This document shows, one piece after another, positions 24,945 through 36,981 of a stretch of 64,000 nucleotides of DNA. The DNA is taken from positions 99,324,001 to 99,388,000 of the forward strand of contig OX597814.1 in the NCBI GenBank assembly GCA_951406725.2, in the 5' to 3' direction. This DNA is from Octopus vulgaris. Taxonomy: Eukaryota. Numbering within the stretch: position 1 is the first letter of the stretch; each line of letters opens with the position of its first letter. Made by a program: the position numbers and the translations under genes. The notes under the pieces were generated by a model. The model had not been told where the DNA came from, did not search any database, and saw nothing but the letters and a program-made list of their open reading frames with translations.

Positions 24945-25830
24945 ATGCGTGGTTAATTACATAGGGATGTTGAAGTGATTTAAAACCGGAAACGGAGGCT
25001 CTAGTCTGTACTGCCTAAGAGCAAGCACTAAGAACAAACTACATAAAATACAGAATAGACAACATAGCAGAAAGGTGTAAGTGCAGAATATATGGACAAA
25101 ACGGTGAAACCGTATGGCATATTACCAGCCAATGTACACCACTAGCCTAGAATATAAGAGACGCCACAACAATATAGCCAGGCTTGTCCATTGGACACTT
25201 TGCAACAAGTATGGACTTGACAGAGCAAAACATTTGTACGACCACAAACCTAAAGGCATTGCTGGATATAGAAATGTAAAGATCCTAAGGGATTTTATGA
25301 TTCAGTGCGACCATGAGATTGAGAATAGGAAACCAGACATAGTCTTAATTGAGAAAGAAAACAAACTATACTGGATCATAGACATAGCATGCCCAGCTGA
25401 CAACAAGGTATGTGATAAGAAAGAAAGAAATGTCGAGAGATATGACAGGTTAGCTTGGGAAGTTAAGTAGTTGTGGCCGATGAAAAAGGTAGCAGTAGTA
25501 CCAATAATTGTCGGACCCCAGGGAACATTGAGCAAAAATCTCGAGAAGTACATGGAAGAAATAGGAGCTGCAATAAGGGTGGAGCACTTGCAGAAAACAG
25601 CACTGCTTGGAACCGCTCGAATACTCCAGAAGGTGCTTTGGCTGAAGAGATGCCACACGGGGCATGAAAGACTAGCAGCTCAATTGAATGAGTGTGTCCA
25701 GAAAGGTACAGTTCCCGCGGGGATGATGTCTGGGAGGACAACACTAATAATGAAAGATAGAAGAAATGGGAATATTGTGGGAAACTACCGTCCATTAGCA
25801 TGCCTAAATATAATCTGGAAGATACTCTAT
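24945..25830 (+). mobile_element. R4/Dong-like LINE: Zn-knuckle + RLE fragment joined to an RT N-terminal fragment
   Basis: DLKPETEALV..EQALRTNY, CRIYGQNGETVWHITSQC, KRRHNNIAR, NRKPDIV..IIDIACP, LLGTARILQKVL, then WLK...SGRTTLIMKD...GNYRPLACLNIIWKIL. Confidence 0.9.
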
Positions 25831-25955
25831 GAAATCCACTCAGAAGGGTTTGGTCGGCCGGCGGCCATAGTAGAAGACACTTGCCCAAGGTACCACACAG
25901 TGGTACTGAACCCGGAACCTTGTGGTTGGGAAGCAAGCTTCTTACCACTCGGCCA
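25831..25955 (-). mobile_element. SINE A 5' half
   Basis: Reverse complement of tggtaagaagcttgcttcccaaccac...ggtaccttgggcaagtgtcttctactat. Confidence 0.9.
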
Positions 25956-27749
25956 CGTCTCGAAATAAATATTGTAGATGATATGGTCGACTAAAATCCC
26001 TTGAAAGCTTCATTTATCTTAACATGAAAGTAGTCCAGTGACAAACATAAGTAAAATATAAAAGAATAAAATATATTAGAAAATTAATCATTTCATCGAA
26101 TCGAATCATTTCTTGATTTTATTCATATTTATTCTGATAGCAAAATATTGAATCCGACCTTTGCAGTGATGTCTTTCTGAAATATACTTAAAAACACTTC
26201 GTTGGTGGTTGCATCGAATATATGGAACCTAATAATTTTAAATTAATGTTTAATTTAATGTTGTAGAACAACAGAAAATGGTTCCTTAAATCAAGAACAT
26301 AACACATTTCTTTTAGAGGAAGAATATTTTCCTTTACATGTGCAAAGCATGAAAAATCAACGCATACAAAGACGCATCACATATACTTACACACGCATTA
26401 ATTTATTTATTTGTACGATGGACTTCTGTACAGTCTTCGTCAATCAAATTTACTCACAGCCCATTGCTCGGTCCTGGATTTTAGGGGAGACGCAAGCCCA
26501 AATTGCCACACAGTGAGAATTAGCCTAAAACTGCACAGTATCGAAAAAGACTTCTTAATCATATAGCTACGTTTATTAAAACTATATACACATGCTGATA
26601 TTTATGTACGAAGCTTAGAAGCGAGGTAATATTGATCTCAGAACAGCACTGCCTTTACTGCAGGCAATCTGTCTGATCCATCACCATTTCCTCTTTGAAG
26701 ATATGTGGCTTTCTTGTTTAAAAAAAAAGTAAGTCATTAAATTTAGTGCATCTCGCAATACCAATATCAACTTTTGTTAATTGACCTGAAAACCCTCTAT
26801 TCATTTAACCAACTCTATAACCAAATCAGGTGAATCCAACGACGGGACTTCTACATATCATTTGCCATGTTAGAAAGGTAACAAAGGTTTATTGAAACCA
26901 CACCGCCGTCTTTAAAATTACTTCAAATTTTGTGGAAATATAAATGGCAGTTTTCAAATTGGTTTTAGAAAAATAATGGTAACTTCTTCTACGGCAGGAA
27001 GAGGATATTGTAAGATAGAAATCACCCCCTATTTCAATTCTGCTCCTACGTTGGATAAAAGAACAATTGTTTTAATTAACTATTAAAGAAAAGATGAGAA
27101 TATAATCTACATCTAGAAGTAGCTGTAAAATGAATTAGATTCATTAGTTAATTACTAGATGCCTACGTTATCGACTCGGGAATGATGTAAGACATTGTGT
27201 TGAGCGCAGTTTGAACTTTAATATATAAACAACCAAATCAGGCATCGTAAATTATTTCTTCTAGTACTCATCCGTTTGTGCTACTTCAGCTCTTGTACCG
27301 ACGCCATCATATATGCATTATCTATACAATTATTAAGCTGTCTTCTTGCCTATATCTGAATAAAAATGAGAACGACAGCCACAATAAATAAGAACAACAG
27401 CAACAAGATCAGTAACCACATTGACAAAGACTACATAACAAAACACTTTCCATATCTCTTGTGCCAAGCTTTCACAATAAGCAATAATTCTTTTTGTGAC
27501 TCTAATCACTGAAATGTTGACATCTCTCTCTTATCGTTACCATTGTTCTTGACACATGTTTCCATATACCAAAACGTCTCCCTTGCCTCCATCGCAAACC
27601 GACATACTTATTTATGACTCCAAAAGCGTCTACACACAGATTAGTACGTCAGGTCACCACCAGGTGACGCTCAATGAGTTTTTTAGTTTAGTAAATTTTC
27701 AATAAACGTCCACAGTGTACGTTAAATAAACCTAGGTTGAAGGAGATCT

Positions 27750-27750
27750 T

Positions 27751-27786
<36 letters not shown>

Positions 27787-27917
27787 TTGTTGTTCTTCTT
27801 CTTCTTCTTCTTCTCTTCTTCTTCTCTTCTCCTCCTCCTCCTCCTTTCCTCATCATCAACAACATCTTCATTATCATCAACCGTCCACCTCCTCTATCTC
27901 CTCCTCTACTTCCGCCA

Positions 27918-27975
<58 letters not shown>

Positions 27976-28122
27976 ACAATAATAATACTGCTGCTGCTGT
28001 TGCTTCCACAGCTGCTACTGCTGCTGCCGCCGTCGCTGATGCTGCCAGTGCGACTGCTGTCACTACTACTGCCGCTACTGCCGCTGGTGCTAGTGATGCT
28101 GGAGCTGCTGGGGCTGCTGCTG

Positions 28123-28176
<54 letters not shown>

Positions 28177-28230
28177 TTTCTCCTTCTGCTGTTGCTGCTG
28201 TTGCTTCCAACTGCTGCCGCTGCACCTTTG
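27750..28230. repeat. Compound trinucleotide array (GTT)(CTT)(CCT)(ACT)(GCT)
   Basis: Visible directly. Confidence 0.9.
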
Positions 28231-30258
28231 TGATCCTTTTTTTTCCCCCCCTTTCCACTTAACATTGCAACCAACACTTATCACCGCCTCCTCTTCGACC
28301 TCATCAGCCTACATCACACTGATTCTGTACAACACCCTATTCCTACCCATTCCCGCCCCAATTTCCCATCCACAATTCAAAAACAAACCAACACAAATAT
28401 AAAATAAAAACTGTTTTACCTTGCCCACCATCAACTAACTACATCTGCTTTTTCTACCTCCTTTATAATTTTCTTCTCTTCTTTTTCAATTAGTTACTTT
28501 CCCTCCGCTTTCATTTAACATTTTTCATTTCTCTCTCAACATAGAACATAATAACCCCACCTTTTCCTACGCCGCCTCTTTTTTTTTCTTTTTCTTCAGT
28601 TTTCACATTAAGATATTCATTCATCCATAAAAGGTAGGAATTCTGTCACTACTCCATCTGTCGAGCCGAACCATAGATTAGTTGACATGTGCCGGACAGA
28701 CGCTGGCGAACAGTTTTTAAATGGCCAAGTGGAGCTGGATACGAAAGAAAAAATCCGCAGTAAAACAAACACGGTCAGTGTTATAAAACATGGTAAAAGG
28801 TGAATGGACGTGTCGAGAAGCGAAAACGTTAACATTTATACATACATAGATCTCTTCGTTTGTAATGAGCTAGTTCCAAGTATGTGCATGTATATATATA
28901 TATATATATATATATGCTTGTGTGTGTGTGTGTAAGTGTGTATATTTGTATGCATGCATTTGTGTGTGTGTGTGTATATATATATGTATTAAATCTCTGC
29001 CTGTCTCTCTCTCTCTCTCTTCGTATATGTGTGTGTGTGTAAATGTATGTTCATATATATATATACACACACACACATTATATATAGATATATATACAAT
29101 TACGCAATTGTGCAAGAGTATACACACATCGAAACACACAAATAGAGATATGTGTGTCAGTTTTGTTTTGTGTGTGTGTATGTGTGTGTGTGTGTATGTG
29201 TGTGTGTGTGTGTGCGTGTGTGTGTGAGTGAGTGTGTGTGTCTGCGGAGTACTTTAACACAGTCTCTCTGTTCTCTCTTTTTCACTCCCTTCAAAGACAT
29301 ACACACTTTAGCAAAAAAAAAAAGCACGAACATTCTCATATAAACACATATACAAATAATGATGAAGATCGGAAAGCGATGGGCTGCTTTCGAGACATCA
29401 TAAATACTCCTCACATCAGCTTTGAATTCACCATTTGTGACCTTTCCCAAATTTATGCTGTCATTGACCTCGAAGTGAAGATAGCAGCAACTTTCATGTC
29501 TGTCAACTGGCTGTTAGTTGTTCGCGTGTTACAATTGGCTGTCATCATTTCAATGATAGAAGTAGCAACCAGTAGTGATGATAACGGAAGAAGAACGTGA
29601 CCACTGCCATTTCTATCATCTCCCCACCCTTCATTGTCACATCCATATACCGAACATGAAACAACAACAACAATTGTAAAACTTACAATATTGACAAAAG
29701 CAATAAATGTCGATTTGTGCCAACCACAACTAACCATTTTCCATGTTCTATGGTTAAGCTGAAATAGCTTGTGGTCGATGACAGACATAATGGTGACGCG
29801 GAAAATGCAAACTATTTTTCATGATGATAACCACTATACTTTGAAAGATCGTGGTGACTTGCAAATGAAATTTTGTTTGCTGATAATCAAATGAAAAACC
29901 AACTTTAAAGACCACATCTGACACTGTATAAAGCTGTGCGATTCATTCTATGTATCCTTAAAAAAAATGAACCTGAATTAATTGCTACAATAATAGGGTC
30001 ATTCATAATCTCAGTTTTCTTAAATTGTGCAGAATGTGAAACCACAGGAGCTTCTCCATGGGCATGTTTTCTTGCATTCATCGATTTACAGCTATTCAAA
30101 AAAACAAAACAAAAAAAAAACCCATTGATCTCAGTGGGAACAGCAAAACTCTTTTCTTCAGAAATAACTAATAAAAATATTATTTTCTAAAAGTTTTAAA
30201 ACTAGCTAGAACATACTCTGAAGCTCCACTATAAAGCTATATATTTCTCATCAAATCC

Positions 30259-30527
30259 ATCTACATTTACAGCATCTTCTGCTCTATCTGTCCTCTGTAC
30301 ATCAGTCAAACAGGACATCGTTTAGCTGACGGGTTCGCGGAGTATCTCCGAGAGATTGGACTCGGCAATACCATCCCGGTCTCGCGCCATTTCCGCTCTA
30401 CCGGTCATTCATTACAACACTTGTCTGTGTTCGGATTGTCTTTGCACAGGGGCATCCGGACTCTCGCCTTCACCGTGAACAAGAATTAATCTTCTCTCTT
30501 CGCTCCTTTGCGCCACATGGGCTCAAC
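30259..30527 (+). pseudogene. Penelope-like element GIY-YIG endonuclease fragment (frameshifted)
   Basis: Manual translation IYSIFCSICPLYISQTGHRLADGFAEYLREI...PVSRHFRSTGHS...[frameshift]RLHREQELIFSLRSFAPHGLN fits the PLE pattern IY-x-I-x-C-xx-C..YIG(E/Q)T..R..EH...HF...E..LI..L....P.GLN. Not in the ORF track. Confidence 0.8.
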
Positions 30528-30934
30528 TTTGTTCCTCCTACCCACCTCCTCCCTTTATCTACACCCACTTCATCCACACCCTACCCCCACATATCCCACC
30601 CTCACACCCCATCCTTACACTCCAACACCACCACACCACACACCACCACATCACATCACCCCGCACGCACTAGCACTGAACCACACCATCATCCCCACAT
30701 TACAGACGCACACACATACACACACTTCAAAGTCACCAACCCCTATCCACACGCACACACACACACTCTCATAATCACACTCGCACGCACCTTTTGTTTT
30801 GGAGTCACCAATACTTTATCATCTCCCCTTCTTCCTAGCTCTCCTGTCTAACTACCTTTGTCCAGCCAGTCACCATGATTGACCGCCAGCTCCACATTTT
30901 TTAAAATTCTTTCTCTGTTCATTTCATTGTGTTC

Positions 30935-30970
30935 CTTTCTGTTGAAGAGCGTAGGCTCGAAACGTAAAAG
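30935..30970 (+). ncRNA. Minimal type I hammerhead-ribozyme-like motif (variant core)
   Basis: cttt-CTGTTGA-a-gagc(gtag)gctc-GAAA-cg-TA-aaag: stem I cttt/aaag, stem II gagc/gctc, palindromic stem III ACGT. Confidence 0.55.
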
Positions 30971-31059
30971 ACTTTCTCACCTTTCAAGAGCCAAACAAAT
31001 ACACCAGTTTGTTGTTTATACATCTATCTCCGTCTTTTGTTTTTCTGTAAATTTCAACT

Positions 31060-31218
31060 ATACATACATACATGCATGCATACATACATACATACATACA
31101 TACATACATACATACATACATACATACATACATACATACATACATACATACATACATACATACATACATACATACATACATACATACATACATACATACA
31201 TACATACATACATACATA
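31060..31218. repeat. (TACA)n tetranucleotide array
   Basis: Visible directly. Confidence 0.95.
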
Positions 31219-31292
31219 AGAGACGCCATGATAGATCGTTAGCCACTACATACATTTTTCTCTCCTTTTTTCTCTTCTTGTTTTCTGTGTCC

Positions 31293-31328
31293 CTTTCTGT
31301 AGAAGAGCGTAGGCTCGAAACGTAAAAT
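31293..31328 (+). ncRNA. Second copy of the minimal hammerhead-like motif
   Basis: cttt-CTGTAGA-a-gagc(gtag)gctc-GAAA-cg-TA-aaat. Confidence 0.5.
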
Positions 31329-31429
31329 ACTTTTTCTATTCCTAACCGTTATACTAATACATCTGTTTGTTTTGTACACCACCCGTCTTCGTCTTTTGTT
31401 TGTTTTCCCGTAAACTCTTCCCATACATA

Positions 31430-31639
31430 AAAGGGTACTGAAAAGTTCTTGGCTTTGGGTAAAAGAACATTCAGGCGGATCAATTAATTAGGACTTTATT
31501 CAACATATTGCCCTCTCGGATTCACTTGTTGCAGCAGCCCTTCAGTTTTCTGTGCCCTGTGAAAGGACTCGGAAGTTTCGGCTTCCACCTAGGCCTTTTG
31601 CGCTATCCTTATAGCCAGGAGTTTATCAACACACCCTCG
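31430..31639. mobile_element. Mariner-type MITE
   Basis: Imperfect TIRs agggtactgaaaagttcttggct / agccaggagtttatcaacacaccctcg, each flanked by TA. Confidence 0.75.
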
Positions 31640-32448
31640 TATATGCATGTATGTATGCATGCATGCATGCATGAATGTATCTATGCGTGTGTATTTGCAG
31701 AGAGGGAGAGAAGTGGGGAGGAAAGGAAAAGAGTGATTTAGCTAAATGCTTGGAAGTAATATCAAAATGATAGAATTCCACCTGTCGAGTGTAGCAGACA
31801 GCAATCTAGCTAATTCAAACGAACCGACAGGTATTAGTGTTTCATATATTTTATTATGTGTTTTTATAATCAAAGTTTCTTCCGAAGGATATTATTCTAG
31901 AGAAGAAATTTAATTAAATTTATGCGCGGTCGCAAACCATTGTATACTTTCATCTTTGAGCATTGTAGAAAATACTAGTCACCCTTTACAAATCAACAAC
32001 GCCTCGAAGACACTGAAGCAAATCGCATTTATTCGTATAAAAACTACAATATACAGAATAGAAATTGTATTATGCAACATTTTCATCATTTTCGACAGCA
32101 GGAGTGAGAGAAAAATGTGAAATAGATATAACCTTTTTACGACAATCGGTCTTTTTCTTATCTCACACGAACACACGAATTGTAACCCTTTTCACTACAA
32201 CATTCTACTGCTGGTGTATTTTAAATAATCATTTTTGATTAAATTATATTAAACTACTTTTTCAGTACCGTTAACCAGCCTGAGCAAATTAACGATGAAA
32301 TTCATGCCTTTTCTCAAATTGTAAGAAAAAAAAAGGCTTCAGCTTTTTGAAACCCGTCATTAAAAAGCGACACACTAAACCATTTTGTTATTATAGACCT
32401 TCTTCATTAAAAGCATCTTTGTGCTAAAGGAAAACAACCAGTTTAATA

Positions 32449-32580
32449 CGCAGGCGTAGCTGTGTGGTAAGAAGTTTGCTTCCCAACTATATGGTTCTGG
32501 GCTTTAGTTCCACTGCGTGGCACCGTGAGCAAGTATACTCAGCTGTAGCCTCGGGCCGACCAAAACCTTCTGAGTGGATT
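32449..32580 (+). mobile_element. SINE A 5' half, ending in the (TA)n run that hosts the Tc1
   Basis: gcaggcgtagctgtgtggtaagaagtttgcttcccaac...gcctcgggccgaccaaa..tgagtggattt. Confidence 0.85.
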
Positions 32581-32594
32581 TATATATATATATA

Positions 32595-34217
32595 CAGTCG
32601 CGGCCAAAACATTCAGAACGAATTGTTTTCGTCAGAAAGTAGATATAATTTTTTATCAAAGTTGTTTTATATTCTATAATTTTCACAGACAATAAATACA
32701 ATATTATTTGTTATTGCCTGAGATTTAGGTGTAATTGTAGAGGATAATACAAAAGTTATGAATGATTTAGTGATTTACTGCAAAACCCATGGCGGCCAAA
32801 AGGATCAGAACGGTTGCTTTTACTCCGTGTTTTAGTATATTTAACCGGCGAACTCTAATGTTTTGAATTTGTTTACGTGACGGTTCGTTTACTAAACATT
32901 AGTAAGAATATTTGCAGTGTACTTTGTTAATATAATGCCACTTACTCCGTTACCAATTCGTCAGCAGATTATTAAGCTTCGAAGGAAGGATAATTTAAGT
33001 ATTTGATCTATTGCAAAGATTGTTAACAAGTCAAAAAGTGTTGTACACGGTATTCTTAAGGTCTACGATGATTATGGTTCGTGTGAAGCAAGAAAGTTTA
33101 CAGGTAGGCCAAGAAAAACGACCAAGTGAGAAAATCGTGCTATGGTAAAGTTGGTTAAAAAGGACAGATTTAAAACTGATGCTGCTGTTTCTCGGAAAAT
33201 GAGCATTCTATTCAAGAAAACTTTATCTCGAAAAACTGTGTCTCGTCGTTTAGTTGAACATGACCTACAAGCAAGAGCACCTGCAGTGAAGCCACTGATC
33301 AGCTCCAAGAATAAAAAGTGTCGTCTTACCTTTGCAACCGAACATGTGTTATGGTCTCAAGAAAATGGCAAACGGTGCATTTCAGTGATGAATCTAAGTT
33401 TATGTTATTTGGCTCAGATGAGAAAAGGTACGTTCGTAGAAAAGTAGGTGAAAAATTGTCGCCTAAATGCCTTAAGACTAGTGTTAAATTCGATGGAGGA
33501 AGTGTCATGGTTTGGGGGATGATATCTGGAGATGGTGTGGGCCCTTTGGTGCGATTACATGGAAAGGTAAATGCAGGAGTTTATAAACAACTTGTAAAAG
33601 ATCATGTCTTGCCTGTGCTGAGAAATTCAACTAAGCGACCACCCATATTCGTGCAGGACAATGCCCCATGTCACAAGGCTAAGGTGGTCATGAACTTCCT
33701 CAAGGCTGAAAAGGTTATTGTTATGGATTGGCCTGCTCAAAGCCCAGATCTCAATCCTATTGAAAATGTATGGAATATTCTAAGAGGACGTTCGAAAGCC
33801 AGAAATTCTAAAACAACTGAGCAATTGCGGAATGCCCTTCAGGAAGAATGGAATAAGATCACCCGGCAAGAAATTGAAAATTTAATTTCCTCATGCAGTC
33901 GAAGATGTCAGAGTGTGATTGAAGCTAAAGGCCTTCACACTAAATATTAAATAATTCCAGTATTCTCTGTCATTTTTGATTATTTTGTTATTTTTTCAAC
34001 CGTTCTGATCATTTTGGCCGCCATGGGTCTTGCAGTAAATCACTAAATCCTCGATAACTTTTGTATTATCCTCTCAAATTACACCAAAATCTCAGACAAT
34101 AACAATTAATATTGTATTTATTGTCTGTGCAAATTATAGAATATAAAACAACTTTGATAAAATATATCTACTTTTCTGACGAAAACAATGCCGTTCTGAA
34201 TGTTTTGGCCGCCACTG
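32595..34217 (+). mobile_element. Full-length Tc1-family DNA transposon, IR/DR type (1623 bp)
   Basis: TA|CAGT...ACTG|TA; TIRs of about 220 bp (32595-32816 and 33997-34217), each with two direct repeats ggccaaaa-nnnt-cagaacg. Confidence 0.97.
32935..33950 (+). pseudogene. Tc1 transposase (DD34E), two stops and one frameshift
   Basis: ATG at 32935; GRPRK motif; FSDESKF, GGSVMVWG, QDNAPCH, SPDLNPIENVW (34 residues between D and E); TGA at 33004 and 33127; 1-nt loss near 33362. Confidence 0.95.
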
Positions 34218-34334
34218 TATATATATATATATATATATATACATAATATATTATGCAAACACGCTTTCTTTAAGACAGCGTATTTTATAGTGTATCATAT
34301 ATATATATACATAAGTATACATATAGAATACAGT

Positions 34335-35095
34335 AATTAAAAATGGAGCAGAAAGATCTTCGCATCTAATATAGAACAGCTGAAATATTTGCAAACTCTA
34401 TAGTCCGATAGCATCCACACTCATCATGTTCTAAACCCAGTTTCGTTGCAGCCTCTTTGTAACTATTGAAAACTACACCATTAATAATCCTCATATGTTC
34501 AAATGATATACCTCTGGGAATATGATATTGTAAAGCTCTCAGCTAGCATTGCTCTTCTTCCTTAGGTGAAAGAAGGTAGATATGCTCAATTGAGTGTGTA
34601 TTATTTTTGCTTTGAGATGCCACATTTTCTCACTATTATTCCATGTGTAAAATTCAGGGAAATCAGTAGAGTGTAATGCACATGCAAATGAGTGATTTCC
34701 GGTTAACTCGCATCCATTCAGTGAAAGTGGACATGTGTATATAACATGTTCAATATCATCATTGTTATTGAAATAAATATATTGCTGATTGGGTAAATGA
34801 ACTGTAAGCTGTTGCACTACAGGATATGAACCATGTAATTTGAACCCTAAAAACCTGCCTCTGATGAGGATACATAGCGGTCATTGATAGAGTTTTCAAT
34901 TTCATCGTTGTGTATTTGTCGTGCATTGGTTTGTCCATTAATATTGACTGTCACCCGATCATGACCTTTATGAATATATTTGCTAATATATTTAACTTAT
35001 TTTATAGATGCACATATCTCTACATTACAATGACCTCCATATTTGACTAAAAAGAAAGAGAGAATATGGTATAATTGAGCGATTATCTAATTCAA
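34335..35095 (-). pseudogene. Helitron RepHel protein fragment
   Basis: KYGGHCNVEICASIK*VKYISKYIHKGHDR, RYVSSSEA, HGSYPVVQQLTVHLPNQQYIYF, FPEFYTW, SFEHMRIINGVVFNSYKEAATKLGL: the motif series of the Helitron Rep domain and linker. Confidence 0.9.
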
Positions 35096-35756
35096 CATTA
35101 GACTGTGTAAATGTAAAAAAAAATCAAATATGAGAAAGTCTAGTTGTGAGAGAAATGTACGAATGTAATTACTTTACTTGCTGACTTTAATAGAGGTAGA
35201 GGAGTCTCCAGACGGACTGGTTCATCGTTTTTTGATCGCAACTCAAATAGAAAGTGAAGTTTTCTATGTGCTAGTCCAATTTAATTATTCTAGTATTTAA
35301 ATTATTACAGCGATTTAGATTCATGTTGTGCTGTGCATAAGATATACATATTATCTAATTCATATATATATAATTCTAATTCACGAAATGGCAAAAGCAC
35401 AAATATTCAATTGAAGCTTTCTACTGCTATTATAGTGTAGGTTATGACTGTTTTATATAGAATCGAAAAACGCTATGCCGTGTATATCTTCTGTGAGGAG
35501 TGGTCGACTAATCTTAAAATGGTCAGTCAGGAAAATTACACGTTATTTTTTGAGTAATTCAAAAACAGCATAAAAGAATGGGTTTACACTTTTATATTTC
35601 TCTCACAATCAGATTTATCTAATATTCAAATGTCTTTCTGTGCTTTTGATTCACTCTGTATTACCCATAAAAGATAAATAATATTTTTGCTGTGTTACAT
35701 ATTGCGTGCATGCAGTCACAATTCTTACAGATGACAAGGTACGGAAATATCTGGTA

Positions 35757-36981
35757 TCAGGTCATCCCATAAGTTCTGTCCGATTTTACCTTTTTTAAAA
35801 TTGAATGAAATTTAATAGGATTTTAGAAGGTCTAATGAAATTAAAAATTATTTTCATGCATTTGTGTACATTTAAACTAAATAAATATTATTTTACAGAA
35901 TAATAGATATAAAATTTCTTTGATTAAAACCCTTCCTACCATGGAAGTATCCGAAGAGCATTTGAGGCAAATAATGCTTTATGAATACAAAAAAGGAAAC
36001 TCTACAGCCGAAGCGACTCGAAACATACACTCAGTTTATGGAAAAGAATGCTTGAATGAAAGAACTTGCAGAAGATAGCTTGCAAAATTCAGAATTGGAG
36101 ATTTCAGCCCTGAAGATGAAGATCGAACAGGACATTCAGTTGAGCTTCATGATAATCTCCTTGAGGTATTACTTGAAGAAAATACTGCATTATCGGTTGA
36201 AGAATTGGCAATAAAGCTTAGTTCAAACCATACAACTGTTCATCGTCATCTTGAACAACTTGGAAAGGTTCCTAAACTTGGAAAATGGGTGCCTCATGAA
36301 TTGTCCAAAAGCAACCGGAAATCCCGAGTTGACATCTGCTATTCTCTCCATTTTCGCGAACTCATTTCACCCTTTTTTGGATTGACTTGTGACTGGTGAC
36401 GAAAAATGGATCTTCTATCGAATTCGTCGTAAACAGTGGCTTGGTAAAGGGAAAAGGCTCAACCACAACCGAGAGGGGAACTTCATGAGAAAAAAGTTCT
36501 TCTCTCTATCTGGTAGTATTGCAGAGGAGTAATTCACTTTGAATTACCACCTAATGCAACAATCATGTTAAAGTCTACTGTCAGCAATTAAAGTGTTTGA
36601 ACCAAGCTTTGAAGAAAAAAAGACCCGCTTTAGTGAATCGAAAAGGAGTGATGTTTCATCAGGAAAAATGCGCGACCCCAAACTGTAAAATTCCTCATCC
36701 ACCTGACCAGGTTCCTTCAGACTACCATTTGTTTCATAGTTTACAGAACCATTTGGGACACATAACTTTCGCAAGCCAGGAGGAGGTCGAAACTGACATT
36801 TCAGAGTTCTTCGCTTTGAAACCAAAATAGTTTTACATTGATGAGATTAAAAAGCTTGTAAATAGATGAAAGGAAGTCATAGATAATCATGGAAAGTACA
36901 TTGATGATTAAATTTCATTTAAATATAACATTTGATCACTTGTTTTCTTTATTCAAAATTCGAATAGAATTGATGACCCGA
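35757..36981 (+). mobile_element. Mariner element, near full length
   Basis: TA|tcaggtcatc...gatgacccga|TA imperfect TIRs enclosing a transposase remnant. Confidence 0.9.
35941..36911 (+). pseudogene. Mariner transposase (DD34D type), many lesions
   Basis: MEVSEEHLRQIMLYEYKKG, WVPHEL, VTGDEKWIFY, PDQVPSDYHLFHSL, GKYIDD*; deletion between the second and third catalytic motifs, so the spacing cannot be counted. Confidence 0.92.

Larger units (their letters stand above)
30790..31425 (+). mobile_element. Two direct-repeat Penelope-type pseudo-LTR copies separated by (TACA)n
   Basis: About 30870-31058 and 31222-31420 are homologous (ccatgat.ga.cg..agc...cctttctgt.gaagagcgtaggctcgaaacgtaaaa.acttt...cgtcttttgttt); they lie just downstream of the GIY-YIG fragment. 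Confidence 0.75.

Noticed and set aside
28600-28803. Acceptor-like site followed by a short open frame (NSVTTPSVEPNHRL...)
   Set aside because: There is an in-frame stop just after the acceptor and no recognisable homology.
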